From: Polyangiaceae bacterium
Lineage (GTDB): Bacteria > Myxococcota_A > Polyangia > Polyangiales > Polyangiaceae
Direction of reading: 5' to 3'
DNA: 64,000 nt
Assembly: GCA_965222375.1 (NCBI GenBank)
Contig: CBDCTZ010000016.1
Location: 2,912,001 to 2,976,000 of the forward strand
Position 1 is the first letter of the stretch, and each line of letters begins with the position of its first letter. The translations under genes and the position numbers were made by a program. The notes beneath the pieces were generated by a model. It did no database searches, was not told where the DNA came from, and was given only the letters and a program-made list of their open reading frames with translations. Below are positions 10,060 to 20,197 of this stretch, piece by piece.

Positions 10060-10878
10060 TCAGAAGCGGCTACCGACCCGGAGCATGGCTCCGCGATCTT
10101 GGTCAGTGGCTGTCGTCGGCCCGGCGGAAAAGAACAGGTAGCCGGCGGTCCCCAAGGCGCCGGCCGATGCCAGCAAGGAAATGTCCGCCAGCAAGTAGCT
10201 CCGGTGCATACGATCGGCTTGAGACTGCGGACAGCGCGGTGCGCAGCTGTCGCGCATTTCGCGCTCTCGGCTGCGTCCGTCTTGAGCGAAATAGACGAAT
10301 GAGCCCAGCGCCGCTGTGCCGACTCCGAGGGCGACCCACATCCAAGGGGTTGTCGCGCTCTGCGCCGCCGGCTTTTTCTCTGGCGACACAGGCTCGGCGG
10401 GACGGGGCTTCAGGGCTTCGGTTGGAAAAACGACTCGGAGCGTCTTCTTGGCTTCACCCCGCTCGATCACGAATCCAAGCTCGCGGGTGTTGCCGTCGAA
10501 CAGCCGGACGCGTAAGCGCCTCTTTCCCGGATCGAGGCGAGTCGGCCTGGTTTCCGAAAGCGCCACCGGCGTCCCGTCTATCTCGACGTCCCGCACTTCC
10601 AGCTCGCGGCCGCTAGCGTCTCGGACGACGAGGAGAATGCTCGGCGTCTCCCTCTCGAGCTCTCGAGCCAACCGGCTGCACTCCTCCCGGATCATCCCTG
10701 GACAGGGTGCTTTGCTGCATGTGCGGAGCGACGCCCCTGCGCTGAGCAATCGGCCATCCTGCTTGTCCTTCAGCGCTTGCTCGTGGGTTTCGATGCAGGC
10801 GGTGCCTTCAGACTGCGCAAGGGCGAGCTGGGGTGCGAGAAGTGCTGCCAGGCCCAACAGCCAGAATGGGCGGCTCAC
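10060..10878 (-). CDS. Secreted helical + PEGA-like protein with C-terminal membrane segment
   Basis: Signal LALA-Q, Cys-containing helical part, VEIDG...LDPGKRRLRV PEGA-like part, C-terminal Phe; GTGA overlap with the kinase stop. Confidence 0.7.
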   Translation of the reverse strand: MSRPFWLLGLAALLAPQLALAQSEGTACIETHEQALKDKQDGRLLSAGASLRTCSKAPCPGMIREECSRLARELERETPSILLVVRDASGRELEVRDVEIDGTPVALSETRPTRLDPGKRRLRVRLFDGNTRELGFVIERGEAKKTLRVVFPTEALKPRPAEPVSPEKKPAAQSATTPWMWVALGVGTAALGSFVYFAQDGRSREREMRDSCAPRCPQSQADRMHRSYLLADISLLASAGALGTAGYLFFSAGPTTATDQDRGAMLRVGSRF

Positions 10879-12389
10879 TTGAAGCACTCCCGGCGGAAGC
10901 GCTTGTTACCGCTCGCATCGATGACGTAGGGCGGGCTACACAACTTGGCTGTGCGCTCAGCCTTGCCGCGTGTGGGTTGGGCCTCAGCGCGGCGGGGCTG
11001 GGAGCGCCGCCGAGTTTTCTGAGGGGGCAGCTCGTCAAGGGACTTTGGTGGGGCGAGTACCGCCTGTGATCCTTCGGCGCGCAGCACTCCATGCCGTTCG
11101 AGCTGGAGGGCCGACTCGCCCAGCAAAGCGATCGAGCAGATGAGGGCGACGAGTGCGGCACTCGCTGCAGCCGCCACGGTTGCGAGGCGGTTCCTGCGCG
11201 CGCGCTGCGTTCGTTCCGTCCATTCGGAAACCTCCTCGTCCTGTCCCTCGTTTGCCGGGCAAGAACTCGCGGATCGCACGATCTGGTGAAGGGGCGGTGT
11301 GGGCACGATCCCGTCCTCGATGTGCGTCGCGAAGTCCGAAGTGTCGACCAAGCTGCTCTGCTCGGCTCGCGCGATGCCGCGGGCGCGCTCGCGCAGCAGC
11401 TGCCCAGAGACTTGTTCGACCCAAGCACCGATTTCGATGGTGCTTGCGGGGGGCTCAGCCAGCGCCAGGGCCCGCGCCATGTCGCGAGCGGAGGCGTATC
11501 GGTGTTCTGGGCGATAGGACAGTGCGCGCAGTACGACCCGCGCCAACGCGGAGCTGATGCGGACATAGCTACCCGGATTCGGCACGTCGTCCGCGAGAAT
11601 GCGTGCCATGATTTCGCCGGGGCTCTGACCATCGAAGAGCCGCCGTCCGGTCAAACACTCCCACGCCACGACAGCGGCCGAGAACAAGTCCGAGCGGCGA
11701 TCGACGCTGAGTCCGGAGACCTGTTCTGGGGACAGGTAGCGCAACTTGCCTTTGACCTGGCCGCCGCGGGTACTCGAAACCCGGGAGGCGGCTTTGGCAA
11801 TACCGAAGTCGACGATGCGCACGATGCCTTCGACACCGAGCATCACGTTCTGTGGCGACACGTCTCGGTGCACGATGTCGAGGGGGGCTCCGTCTTCACC
11901 CCGGGCCTCGTGGGCCGCGTGTAGCCCCTGGAGCATTTGCACCAGAATGCCCGTGACGATTGCCGGCGTTGGCAGGCAATCGACGGCGTGTGCTGAGCGC
12001 ATGAGTTGCGACAGCGGTGCGCCTTCCACGTACTCCATGATCAACGAAACGTCGGCGCCGTTGCGTTCGACGTCCAGAGTCGCCACCACGTTTGGGTGGC
12101 GGATCCGGGCGGCGATGCGAGCCTCGTCGAGCAGCATGTCGACGAACTCGGGATCCTCGGCGCAGGCCGGATGAAGCTTCTTGATCGCCACGGCTCGGGT
12201 GAAGCCCTCCAGGCCCACGTGATGGCCGAGATAGACGGCAGCCATTCCACCGCTCGCGATGCGCTCCAGCACGCGATACCTGCTCACTGCCGGGGGTGCG
12301 CTGGACGTCCGGCGCGCGGTCCGGGACACTTCCCGGACCGAGCTGTCATCCAGCTCCTCATCGATGCCCACGTCGAAAGCGGCGCTCAT
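10875..12389 (-). CDS. Membrane Ser/Thr protein kinase (Hanks type)
   Basis: IASGGMAAVY, VAIKK, HRDVSPQN, DFGIAK, YLSPE; TM helix; C-terminal CSPPYVIDASGNKRFRREC. Confidence 0.95.
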   Translation of the reverse strand: MSAAFDVGIDEELDDSSVREVSRTARRTSSAPPAVSRYRVLERIASGGMAAVYLGHHVGLEGFTRAVAIKKLHPACAEDPEFVDMLLDEARIAARIRHPNVVATLDVERNGADVSLIMEYVEGAPLSQLMRSAHAVDCLPTPAIVTGILVQMLQGLHAAHEARGEDGAPLDIVHRDVSPQNVMLGVEGIVRIVDFGIAKAASRVSSTRGGQVKGKLRYLSPEQVSGLSVDRRSDLFSAAVVAWECLTGRRLFDGQSPGEIMARILADDVPNPGSYVRISSALARVVLRALSYRPEHRYASARDMARALALAEPPASTIEIGAWVEQVSGQLLRERARGIARAEQSSLVDTSDFATHIEDGIVPTPPLHQIVRSASSCPANEGQDEEVSEWTERTQRARRNRLATVAAAASAALVALICSIALLGESALQLERHGVLRAEGSQAVLAPPKSLDELPPQKTRRRSQPRRAEAQPTRGKAERTAKLCSPPYVIDASGNKRFRRECFK

Positions 12390-12571
12390 GACGCACCGTC
12401 CCAGCGAGCGGCGCGGCGCGGCGTACCAGTGGTGGGTTGTTCCATACCGCCAGCTGGCAGCGGTACGAATGAAGAATTCGGACGGAACCCTCGTTCTTCT
12501 GCGGCTTTTGTCCTCCAGTTTCCCATGGCGTTACAGCTTCACTGCAATCGCTATACCGGCCCCCAGCGAGG

Positions 12572-13720
12572 TCAGCGAGGGGCGAGACTGGGGAAGTCGG
12601 CTCGGGTCTGCTCCTCGTCTCCGAAGATGATCCCCAGGGAACGGGCGGTCCGGACCAGTGGGTGGCCCCGGGTCACACGCTTGGGGTCGCTCACGGCGTC
12701 TGCGATGGGCACTGAGACGATGTCTGAACCCCGCAGCGCAGCCATACGGCCAAACTCACCCCGGGCAATCATGTGCACCGCATGCTCGCCATAGCGAGAG
12801 CCGAGGATGCGATCGAAGGCCGAGGGGCTGCCTCCCCGCTGAAGGTGACCCAGCACCGTGTAGCGCAGCTCCAGCTTGATCAACTCGTCCAGTCCCTCCG
12901 CGACTCGCGCGGCGGCGCCGTACAGCCTCGCCATAGCGCCAACTTCGCGCTTGCTCAGCACGCTCTCGCCGCCTTCGACGGGGTGGGCTCCTTCCGCGAC
13001 GACGATGATGCTGAAAGGGCGACCCGCGATGCGTCGCTGACGGATTTGCGCCGCGACGGGCTCGAGGCGATAGGGGATTTCCGGGATCAAAATGGCGTGG
13101 GCGCCTCCCGCCAGACCCGCGTGCAGCGCGATCCACCCTGCGTTGCGACCCATGACCTCCACCAGCATCACGCGGTCGTGGCTCTCCGCCGTGTCGCGCA
13201 GACGATCGATGGCGTCCGTGGCGATGTTGACGGCGGTATCGAATCCGAACGTCGTGTCCGTGCAACCCAGGTCGTTGTCGATCGTCTTGGGCACTCCAAC
13301 GATCTTGGAAAGACCACGCTCGACTGCTTTTGCCGCGATGTCCATGGACCCATCGCCACCCACGCTGACGAGGGCATCGAGATTCAGCGATTTGTAGTTT
13401 TCCAGAACCCGCTCGAAGACGTCCTCTTCTCGCCACTCGCCGTCTCGCTCTACCGGGAAACGAAACGGATCCGAACGGTTGCTGGTACCGATGCAGGTGC
13501 CGCCGCGCGCGACCAGATCGTCGACGTCTCGTTCTGTGAGCCAGGCGTTACCCCGGGGGCTACGGTAGTTCAGGTCCACCAGGCCGTTGAAGGCGTCCTC
13601 GATGCCCAAGACCTTCCAGCCGTATCCCCGAGTCGCGGTTCGCACCACGGCACGAATTACCGAGTTGAGCCCAGGGCAGTCGCCGCCGCCCGTCATGATT
13701 CCAATGCGCTCGATTGCCAT
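12572..13720 (-). CDS. pfkA: ATP-dependent 6-phosphofructokinase
   Basis: TGGGDCPGLN, GGDGS, GVPKTIDND, EVMGR, LGHLQRGG; Gly at both specificity positions indicates ATP dependence. Confidence 0.95.
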   Translation of the reverse strand: MAIERIGIMTGGGDCPGLNSVIRAVVRTATRGYGWKVLGIEDAFNGLVDLNYRSPRGNAWLTERDVDDLVARGGTCIGTSNRSDPFRFPVERDGEWREEDVFERVLENYKSLNLDALVSVGGDGSMDIAAKAVERGLSKIVGVPKTIDNDLGCTDTTFGFDTAVNIATDAIDRLRDTAESHDRVMLVEVMGRNAGWIALHAGLAGGAHAILIPEIPYRLEPVAAQIRQRRIAGRPFSIIVVAEGAHPVEGGESVLSKREVGAMARLYGAAARVAEGLDELIKLELRYTVLGHLQRGGSPSAFDRILGSRYGEHAVHMIARGEFGRMAALRGSDIVSVPIADAVSDPKRVTRGHPLVRTARSLGIIFGDEEQTRADFPSLAPR

Positions 13721-13756
13721 TGCCGCGAGTCTACCAACTCGGCGCCCGACTTTGAA

Positions 13757-14431
13757 TCATTCGCGCATGTAGTGGCAGGTATAGCCGCCTGGATTCTTCT
13801 GAAGGTACTTTTGGTGGTATTCCTCGGCGCGAGTGAAGCCACTCGCCGGAGTGATCTCTGTCACGATCTTAGCTTGCCATTTGCCACTGGCGTCCACTCG
13901 GGTTTTCACGGCCTGTGCGATGCGCTTCTGCTCCGGCGTCAGGTAGAAAATCGCTGAGCGATACTGCGTGCCCACGTCGTTGCCTTGACGATTCTTGGTC
14001 GTCGGGTCGTGCATTCGGAAGAACCACTTCTCCAGCAGTTCCTCATAGCTGAGCTTCTCGGGGTTGAACGCGATGCGCACGGACTCAGAATGTCCAGTTT
14101 CGCCCGTCTTGACCTGCTCGTAGCCGGGCGACGCCGTTGTGCCACCGGTGTAGCCAACCTCGGTGGCAATGACCCCGGGAATGCTCCGGATGATTTCTTC
14201 CATGCCCCAGAAGCAGCCACCGGCCAGGATCGCGACCTCTTTGGGTTTTTCGCAGCCCGGCTCGCTGCGTACGCAGGTGCCGCCGAACAAGTTCGATTTG
14301 GCGGGGGGCTCGTACCGCGGCGATTCGGCGCTGGCCTTCTTGGCCTTGCCGGTGTGGTCGCTCTTGGTGCAACCCGTCAGCGTTGACGCCAGCGCCGCTA
14401 GCGCGGCGATCTGGAAGAAGCGGCGAGTCAT
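13757..14431 (-). CDS. msrA: Peptide-methionine (S)-S-oxide reductase with lipoprotein signal
   Basis: AGGCFWG, GTQYRSAIFY, AEEYHQKY, GYTCH; N-terminus MTRRFFQ...LTGC. Confidence 0.95.
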   Translation of the reverse strand: MTRRFFQIAALAALASTLTGCTKSDHTGKAKKASAESPRYEPPAKSNLFGGTCVRSEPGCEKPKEVAILAGGCFWGMEEIIRSIPGVIATEVGYTGGTTASPGYEQVKTGETGHSESVRIAFNPEKLSYEELLEKWFFRMHDPTTKNRQGNDVGTQYRSAIFYLTPEQKRIAQAVKTRVDASGKWQAKIVTEITPASGFTRAEEYHQKYLQKNPGGYTCHYMRE

Positions 14432-14636
14432 TGGTTTCGTCACATTCCAGCCTACGCGTTCGCTCTCGGGCTGGTTACCCTCCGGGGCGCGAGCCCAGGA
14501 GGGCCCCTTCGCCGGCCCGTTGGTCGTGCTTTGTCGCTCGGCTATCCCAGTGGCGCCTGCGTAAGTACGCGAAATCAGGCGAATAGTGACGCCAGTATGG
14601 TCAAATCCTGACATTGCTTCCGCTAGCTTTGGCGGG

Positions 14637-15554
14637 ATGAGTGTCGCGTACCATATCGATCGAGCCACTGATGAGCGCGTGAGCTGGCTGAAGAGCATTC
14701 CGTTCATTCTGATGCACCTGATGCCCTTAGGCCTGTTCTGGACCGGCATTCAGCTCCGCGACGTGCTGCTCTGCGTTGCTTTGTACGTCGTGCGGATGTT
14801 CTTCATCACCGCCGGCTACCATCGCTATTTCGGCCATCGCTCCTACAAGATGGGGCGGATCATGCAGTTCATCATGGCCTTCGGCGGGGGCATGGCTGCG
14901 CAGAAGGGCGTACTGTGGTGGGCAGGTCACCATCGCGATCATCACAAGTACAGCGATACGGAAATGGACGTTCACTCCCCTAGGAAGGGCTTCTGGTGGA
15001 GCCATGTGGGGTGGATTCTGTGCACCAAATACGAAGAGACGCCGCTGCACCGCATCAAGGACTTCGCGAAGTATCCGGAGCTACGCTTCTTGAACAAGTA
15101 CCACTTGCTCCCCGCGACGATCCTGGGTGTGGCTTGCTTCGTGCTCGGCGGACCAGGCGCACTATTCGGCGGGTTCTTCCTGTCGACCGTGCTGCTCTAC
15201 CACGGCACGTTCACCATCAACTCTTTCACCCACATCTGGGGATCCCGTCGGTACAGCACGACGGACACTAGCAAGAACTCCTTGCTATTCGCTCTGATCA
15301 CGCTGGGTGAGGGTTGGCACAACAACCACCACTACTATCAGTCGAGCGCGAATCAGGGCTTTTTCTGGTGGGAGATCGACATCAGTTTCTACGTGCTCAA
15401 GGTTCTGTCTTGGGTTGGGCTGGTGCGGGATCTGCGCAAGCCATCCGCCAAAGTGCTCCGCAGCAACCTGGTCAGCGAAAAGGCCGTGGACGCAGGTAGT
15501 GAGTTGATTGCAGCTCAGGCCGCCGCGCTGAAGCCGGCGCAGCAGGCGTCCTAG
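14637..15554 (+). CDS. Delta-9-type fatty acid (acyl-CoA/lipid) desaturase
   Basis: His boxes GYHRYFGH, HHRDHH, GEGWHNNHH; likely start MSVAYH at 14637. Confidence 0.93.
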   Translation: MSVAYHIDRATDERVSWLKSIPFILMHLMPLGLFWTGIQLRDVLLCVALYVVRMFFITAGYHRYFGHRSYKMGRIMQFIMAFGGGMAAQKGVLWWAGHHRDHHKYSDTEMDVHSPRKGFWWSHVGWILCTKYEETPLHRIKDFAKYPELRFLNKYHLLPATILGVACFVLGGPGALFGGFFLSTVLLYHGTFTINSFTHIWGSRRYSTTDTSKNSLLFALITLGEGWHNNHHYYQSSANQGFFWWEIDISFYVLKVLSWVGLVRDLRKPSAKVLRSNLVSEKAVDAGSELIAAQAAALKPAQQAS

Positions 15555-15583
15555 GCGTTGTCAGCGACCCTAGACGCCCGACC

Positions 15584-16387
15584 CTAGACACCCAGGGTCG
15601 CTGAGATGAAATAGAAGTACAGGCCGCCCAGGGCCCACAGCGGGAAGGTCACGAAGCTCGAGTGGCCTTCGTCGATAGGCCAGCGCTGGTAGGTCCAGAG
15701 CCCCCGCGCGAAGAACAGGCTCATGCCGCGCCCGTAGGAGTACTCCGTGTAGAAGCCCACCACGGCGAAGGCTGCCATGGCAGCGGGCCACCAGGGGCCA
15801 CAGGTCACGCCCAACGCGACGGCCGTCGTAGCGATGGGCAAGCAGAACACAGCGAACCCGCCGCGGGAAAACTGCCGCTGGCGCGCGGAGGTCAGCATAC
15901 GGAGGGGAAAGCCAAGCAACACCCCCCCGGCCACGGCCAGGGTAGCGACCAGCATCGGTCGCTGGAGTTCCGCCAAACTCTCGTCAGCCCCCAGAACCTT
16001 GCTGGTCAGGTGAAACAGCAAGGCGCCCACGGCCCAGGGAAGGAAGTTGAGCGTGCTGGTGTCGCCGCGCACCTTGGCGCCATACGAGTAGATCCAGATT
16101 GGCTCGTCGAAGTAGCTCCGCCACAGCAAAGAAACCAGCAGCTCGCCGATGATGCCGGCGGTGCCTGCAAGGAAGAAGAACGCAAGATAGCGCGGGCTGA
16201 CCACCAGTCCGAGGCTCAGAAAGGTCAATGGTGCCCAGCCCATGAGGGCGTAGAACTTTGTGAGTGAAAAGGGCGTGGGCAGTGGGTGCGTGTTGGCGCG
16301 CACGGCCAGGGTCGCGACAATCCCGCTCCCGTAGAGGTTGGATACGATCGCGAAAACCAGTAGCGGCCGCAGCGACTCCGGGACCAT
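15584..16387 (-). CDS. Integral membrane protein with two CmpB/DUF1113-like repeats
   Basis: Two related segments, GELLV...IWIYSY...G..STLNFLPWAVG and TEYSYG...LWTYQ...GHSSFVTFPLWALG. Confidence 0.65.
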   Translation of the reverse strand: MVPESLRPLLVFAIVSNLYGSGIVATLAVRANTHPLPTPFSLTKFYALMGWAPLTFLSLGLVVSPRYLAFFFLAGTAGIIGELLVSLLWRSYFDEPIWIYSYGAKVRGDTSTLNFLPWAVGALLFHLTSKVLGADESLAELQRPMLVATLAVAGGVLLGFPLRMLTSARQRQFSRGGFAVFCLPIATTAVALGVTCGPWWPAAMAAFAVVGFYTEYSYGRGMSLFFARGLWTYQRWPIDEGHSSFVTFPLWALGGLYFYFISATLGV

Positions 16388-16390
16388 CGT

Positions 16391-18160
16391 CTACTTGTTA
16401 GCCGGGGCTACGAACCACTTCTCGTAGTGTTTGTCCCCAAACTCCTCGAAGGCGGCGTTGAGCATTCCGGTGTAGATCTCCGTTTCGGCCGTACCCGCGG
16501 GATCCGATCCAGAGAACTTGGCAATCTTCTCCACGGGTACGTTTTGTCCGGCCGTGTATTTGGACAATACGACCGGCTCCTCGCCGGGTAGCTCGATTCG
16601 TGCGCGGAAGAACACGTAGAGCCCGATAAACACGCCACGAGGGACTTTGCTGGCATTGGCGCCGCCAGACCACTCCACACGGTAGTGCACGACGATCCTC
16701 GGCGACTTGGCGGGGGCAACGTCTTCTTCCGGACCGACCCAGTTTTCTCCCGCTTCGAAACGCAGGATCTCCGGGTTGAAGCCGGCGCTCAGCCGTGCGC
16801 TCAGGGCCTTCCCGGTTTGCGCGGTGTGCACATTCAACTTTTCATCGGTGAAGTAACGAGTCGGCAAGGAACTCACGCCGTTGAACATCGGGTTCTTGCT
16901 GACAGCCTGGTCCGCGCGATGCAGCGTTTGAGACTTCAGGCGATTGAAGTGCAGGGTTACGGCTGCGCTCAGGAATTTGTCGCCCTGCCTCTTCGCGCCA
17001 GTCTTTTCGGAGTAAGTGATCAGCTTTTGGACTATCGTCGGGAGTTCACTCTCGGGTGGAGCTCGCTTGGCGTAGCGCTGCACCTCGGTCAGATACAAAG
17101 CGTGACGGGCTTGCTCGAAGGGTTTACCCATCCCGTGATCCGGGCGGCGCGCTGCATAGTCGAGGAGCGCAGCCAATGTGCCCTTCTTCCGCACCTTCTC
17201 GAACTCGGCGATGAGCGCATTGCGACGGGCGATGTCGATCTCGTTCTGGATCTTCGTGCCCTTGTTGTCCGACATGAAAGAGTCGATGGCGTCCACGCCG
17301 CCCTGGGCGATGGCGAGGCGCAGCTTTGCTCGAGGAAGCAGTTCCTTCTCCACCACCTCTCGATGGGCCTGGCCTCGGGCCAGATAGGCGGAATAGGCGG
17401 CGACATCGTCTTTCGCTCGCGCCTTGGCGAACATCTTCTCGTCGCTCATACCGTTGCGCACGGAAAACAGCCCCACACCGAGCAGCAAACCCAGGCCGCC
17501 GCCGATCGCGAAACGCAGCTTCGCCCAAATGGGTCGCCCGAGCTTGAGGGGCTGCTGAGGCGCCAGAGGGCTCAACACGGACGGCTCCGCTAGGGGGTCG
17601 AGTTCGAAGATCTGTTTGTCATCGGCTTGAGCCAACTGCTGTGCGGACGCCTGGATTCGCGAAACGGCCTCGTTGGTGAGGGCCACATCGGAGACGGGCA
17701 GCACGAAACGCGCGGTACCGATTTGTAGCGCCACGTTGGACCCGGCAGCGGACACCTGGCTGAGCTCAGCCAGGCTGTAGACGGCCATGCGGTGGCCGCG
17801 GGCGTCCACCAGACACGCGGGAAATAGATAGATGCCCGGGGGAAAGGGCAGGCTCTGAACATAGAGAATGTGGGCGACCGCACAGATCAATCCGGTGGCC
17901 AGAGCCCCCAGAGCGATGGCGAAAATGACAGCGAAGGGGGCCGGGTGCAGGGAAAAGAAGCTGCCGGCGTTTCCGAAGCCAAGGGTCCAAAGCAGCAGGG
18001 TGAGCACGGCTCCAGCAATGCTCAGCGCGAGCCATCCCAGGGCAGTTCGGCGACCCCCGTGTTTGACCAGAATGGGCAGCGGCGCATAGCGAGCGTGGAA
18101 AGAGTCAAGCAGGCGCTCTTGCACCGGTCGGCTCAGGCTGTAGAAATCCCTCTGGGTCAT
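16391..18160 (-). CDS. Hypothetical membrane protein with helical repeats
   Basis: Three TM segments, repeated xxAYxxYL-like helical units; likely start MTQRDF at 18160. Confidence 0.7.
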   Translation of the reverse strand: MTQRDFYSLSRPVQERLLDSFHARYAPLPILVKHGGRRTALGWLALSIAGAVLTLLLWTLGFGNAGSFFSLHPAPFAVIFAIALGALATGLICAVAHILYVQSLPFPPGIYLFPACLVDARGHRMAVYSLAELSQVSAAGSNVALQIGTARFVLPVSDVALTNEAVSRIQASAQQLAQADDKQIFELDPLAEPSVLSPLAPQQPLKLGRPIWAKLRFAIGGGLGLLLGVGLFSVRNGMSDEKMFAKARAKDDVAAYSAYLARGQAHREVVEKELLPRAKLRLAIAQGGVDAIDSFMSDNKGTKIQNEIDIARRNALIAEFEKVRKKGTLAALLDYAARRPDHGMGKPFEQARHALYLTEVQRYAKRAPPESELPTIVQKLITYSEKTGAKRQGDKFLSAAVTLHFNRLKSQTLHRADQAVSKNPMFNGVSSLPTRYFTDEKLNVHTAQTGKALSARLSAGFNPEILRFEAGENWVGPEEDVAPAKSPRIVVHYRVEWSGGANASKVPRGVFIGLYVFFRARIELPGEEPVVLSKYTAGQNVPVEKIAKFSGSDPAGTAETEIYTGMLNAAFEEFGDKHYEKWFVAPANK

Positions 18161-18404
18161 GGCCGCTCCGGGTCGAGACCACCGCGTGGCGCGAACCCAG
18201 TTGCTGCCCACATCCTCACCCGACTGGAATATGCCAGCAACAAAACACTGTGCGCTGCTGAGGTGCGGTCCGAGCGCAGCGCCATGCCTGACAAACGCCC
18301 AGTATTTGTGGGTTTTTCCGGGGGTGCCGGGTGGCGTCGGCCTTTCGACCGGCGCCGATCCGTGAAAACATTCATGCCCCCACCGACCAAGTGAGACCAG
18401 CCGA

Positions 18405-19742
18405 ATGAGTGAAAGCCAGCGCTACCACATCGTGCAGCGGATTGCCGCGGGCGGAATGGCAGAAGTCTTCCGCGGCGAGAGCGCCGGGATCGAGGGGTTC
18501 CGTAAGAAAGTCGCGATCAAGCGCGTCTTGCCGAAACTGAGCGCGAATCGCGAGTTCATCAACATGTTTCTCGACGAGGCAAGGCTAGGGGCCTACCTGA
18601 GCCACTCGCGATGCGTCCAGGTCTTCGACATTGGCCAGGGTGGTGGCGCACATTTCATCGTGATGGAGTTCGTGGATGGGGCGGATCTCAAAGAAGTGCT
18701 CGAGTACCTCGCCCGACACCAGAAGCGCATGCGAATCGAAGTGGCATGCCGCATCGCTCTAGATACATGTGAAGGCCTTTCCTACGCCCATGGCGCCAAG
18801 GACCATGCTGGGCGACCCTTGGAAATCGTGCATCGGGACATATCCCCACACAACGTGTTGATGACACGCTTCGGCGAAGTGAAGCTGGTCGACTTCGGAC
18901 TCGCCAAGGCAAGCTCGCACCTCACCGACGAGGACGAAGACATCGTCAAAGGCAAGTTCGGCTACCTTGCTCCAGAGGTGACTCGGGGGGAGAAAGTCGA
19001 CCGTCGCGTCGACATATTCGCTGCCGGAATTCTGCTGTGGGAGATGCTCACCGGTCGCCGCCTGTTCCAAGGGGCGAGCGACGTCGAAACCTTCAAGCTG
19101 GTGCGGGACGCAGTGATTCCAGACCCGCGCGAAACTAGGTCGGACATTCCCGACGAAGTCATGACGGTTCTGGGGCGAGCTTTGGCTGGCAACCCGGCTC
19201 AGCGCTACCCCACGGCGGACGATATGGCCCGGGATCTCAGCGTCGTTCTCACACGGCTGCCCCCGGCCACGTACCTGGACATTGGAGAGCTGGTTGGCGC
19301 AGCCGCCGACGAGCGCGCGGCACGCAAAGCAGCGAGCCCCGCCGACGCCAGCGCCATCGGCGATATCATCATCGACGCTCTGCACGACTTTTCCGCCAGC
19401 CCCGGAAGCGTGATGTCGGAAGAGCCGTCGCGACTCGGCACGCCGGGGATCGAAGCGAAGGCGGGCGGCTTCGAGGATCCGAGTTCGTGGGGCCTGGACG
19501 CTCTGTTCGACGAAGCCGCACAGTCCGGCGCCGCCGCAGCTCCCGCACCCCCCGCGCCCCCGCCAGCCCCTGCCGATGCACCAGCACCTCCCGCAGAGGC
19601 CGCGCCCCAGGCGCCCAACGCGCCAGCGAAGGCTCCTCCTCCGCGCCGTGCGCCGCCACCTCCTCCACGGCAGCGAATGCAACCAGCACCATCCGCCGAA
19701 AAGAAGGAAGGCCCCTTCTGGCGTCGCTGGTTCGGCGGATGA
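18405..19742 (+). CDS. Cytoplasmic Ser/Thr protein kinase with Pro-rich tail
   Basis: IAAGGMAEVF, VAIKR, HRDISPHN, DFGLAK, YLAPE; no TM helix; ends KKEGPFWRRWFGG. Confidence 0.95.
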   Translation: MSESQRYHIVQRIAAGGMAEVFRGESAGIEGFRKKVAIKRVLPKLSANREFINMFLDEARLGAYLSHSRCVQVFDIGQGGGAHFIVMEFVDGADLKEVLEYLARHQKRMRIEVACRIALDTCEGLSYAHGAKDHAGRPLEIVHRDISPHNVLMTRFGEVKLVDFGLAKASSHLTDEDEDIVKGKFGYLAPEVTRGEKVDRRVDIFAAGILLWEMLTGRRLFQGASDVETFKLVRDAVIPDPRETRSDIPDEVMTVLGRALAGNPAQRYPTADDMARDLSVVLTRLPPATYLDIGELVGAAADERAARKAASPADASAIGDIIIDALHDFSASPGSVMSEEPSRLGTPGIEAKAGGFEDPSSWGLDALFDEAAQSGAAAAPAPPAPPPAPADAPAPPAEAAPQAPNAPAKAPPPRRAPPPPPRQRMQPAPSAEKKEGPFWRRWFGG

Positions 19743-20182
19743 GTCGACCCGCGTTCGTACATCCTGTTTCGGTTCGCTACCTAGAAGTCGACCAGCAGGG
19801 CGTCGTCTTCAACATGTGGTACCTGGCGTGGTTCGACGATGCCATGACGGGGTTCTTGGACGCGCTTGGCTTTGACTACCTCCAAATGGTCGAACGAGGC
19901 TTTGACGTGCAAGTGGTTCATACCAGCGCGGACTACTCTGGTGGCGTCCGCTTTCGTGACGCCGTCGAAGTGCACGTCGACCCCAAGGCCGTGGGGACAA
20001 CGAGCTTCCGTTTGGGGTTTCGAGTGGTGGTGGACGAAAAGGCGTTGGTAACCGCAGAGATCGTCTACGTCTGCGTCGCGACGGACGGCAGCGGAAAACG
20101 TGCGCTTCCGGCGGAGCTGAGCGACGTGCTGAAAGAGAAGATGTGCTTGGACGCATCGCCGTTAGGTGACGATTCGCGTTAG
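19739..20182 (+). CDS. Acyl-CoA thioesterase (4HBT/YbgC family)
   Basis: VRYLEVDQQGVVFNMWYLAWFD motif; ATGA overlap with the kinase stop. Confidence 0.9.
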   Translation: MSRPAFVHPVSVRYLEVDQQGVVFNMWYLAWFDDAMTGFLDALGFDYLQMVERGFDVQVVHTSADYSGGVRFRDAVEVHVDPKAVGTTSFRLGFRVVVDEKALVTAEIVYVCVATDGSGKRALPAELSDVLKEKMCLDASPLGDDSR

Positions 20183-20197
20183 CATTCGCGTGCGGCC

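Noticed and set aside
15565..15592. 14-bp direct repeat CGACCCTAGAC(G/A)CC at a convergent gene junction as a target-site duplication
   Set aside because: The copies are adjacent with no element between them; probably a local slippage duplication
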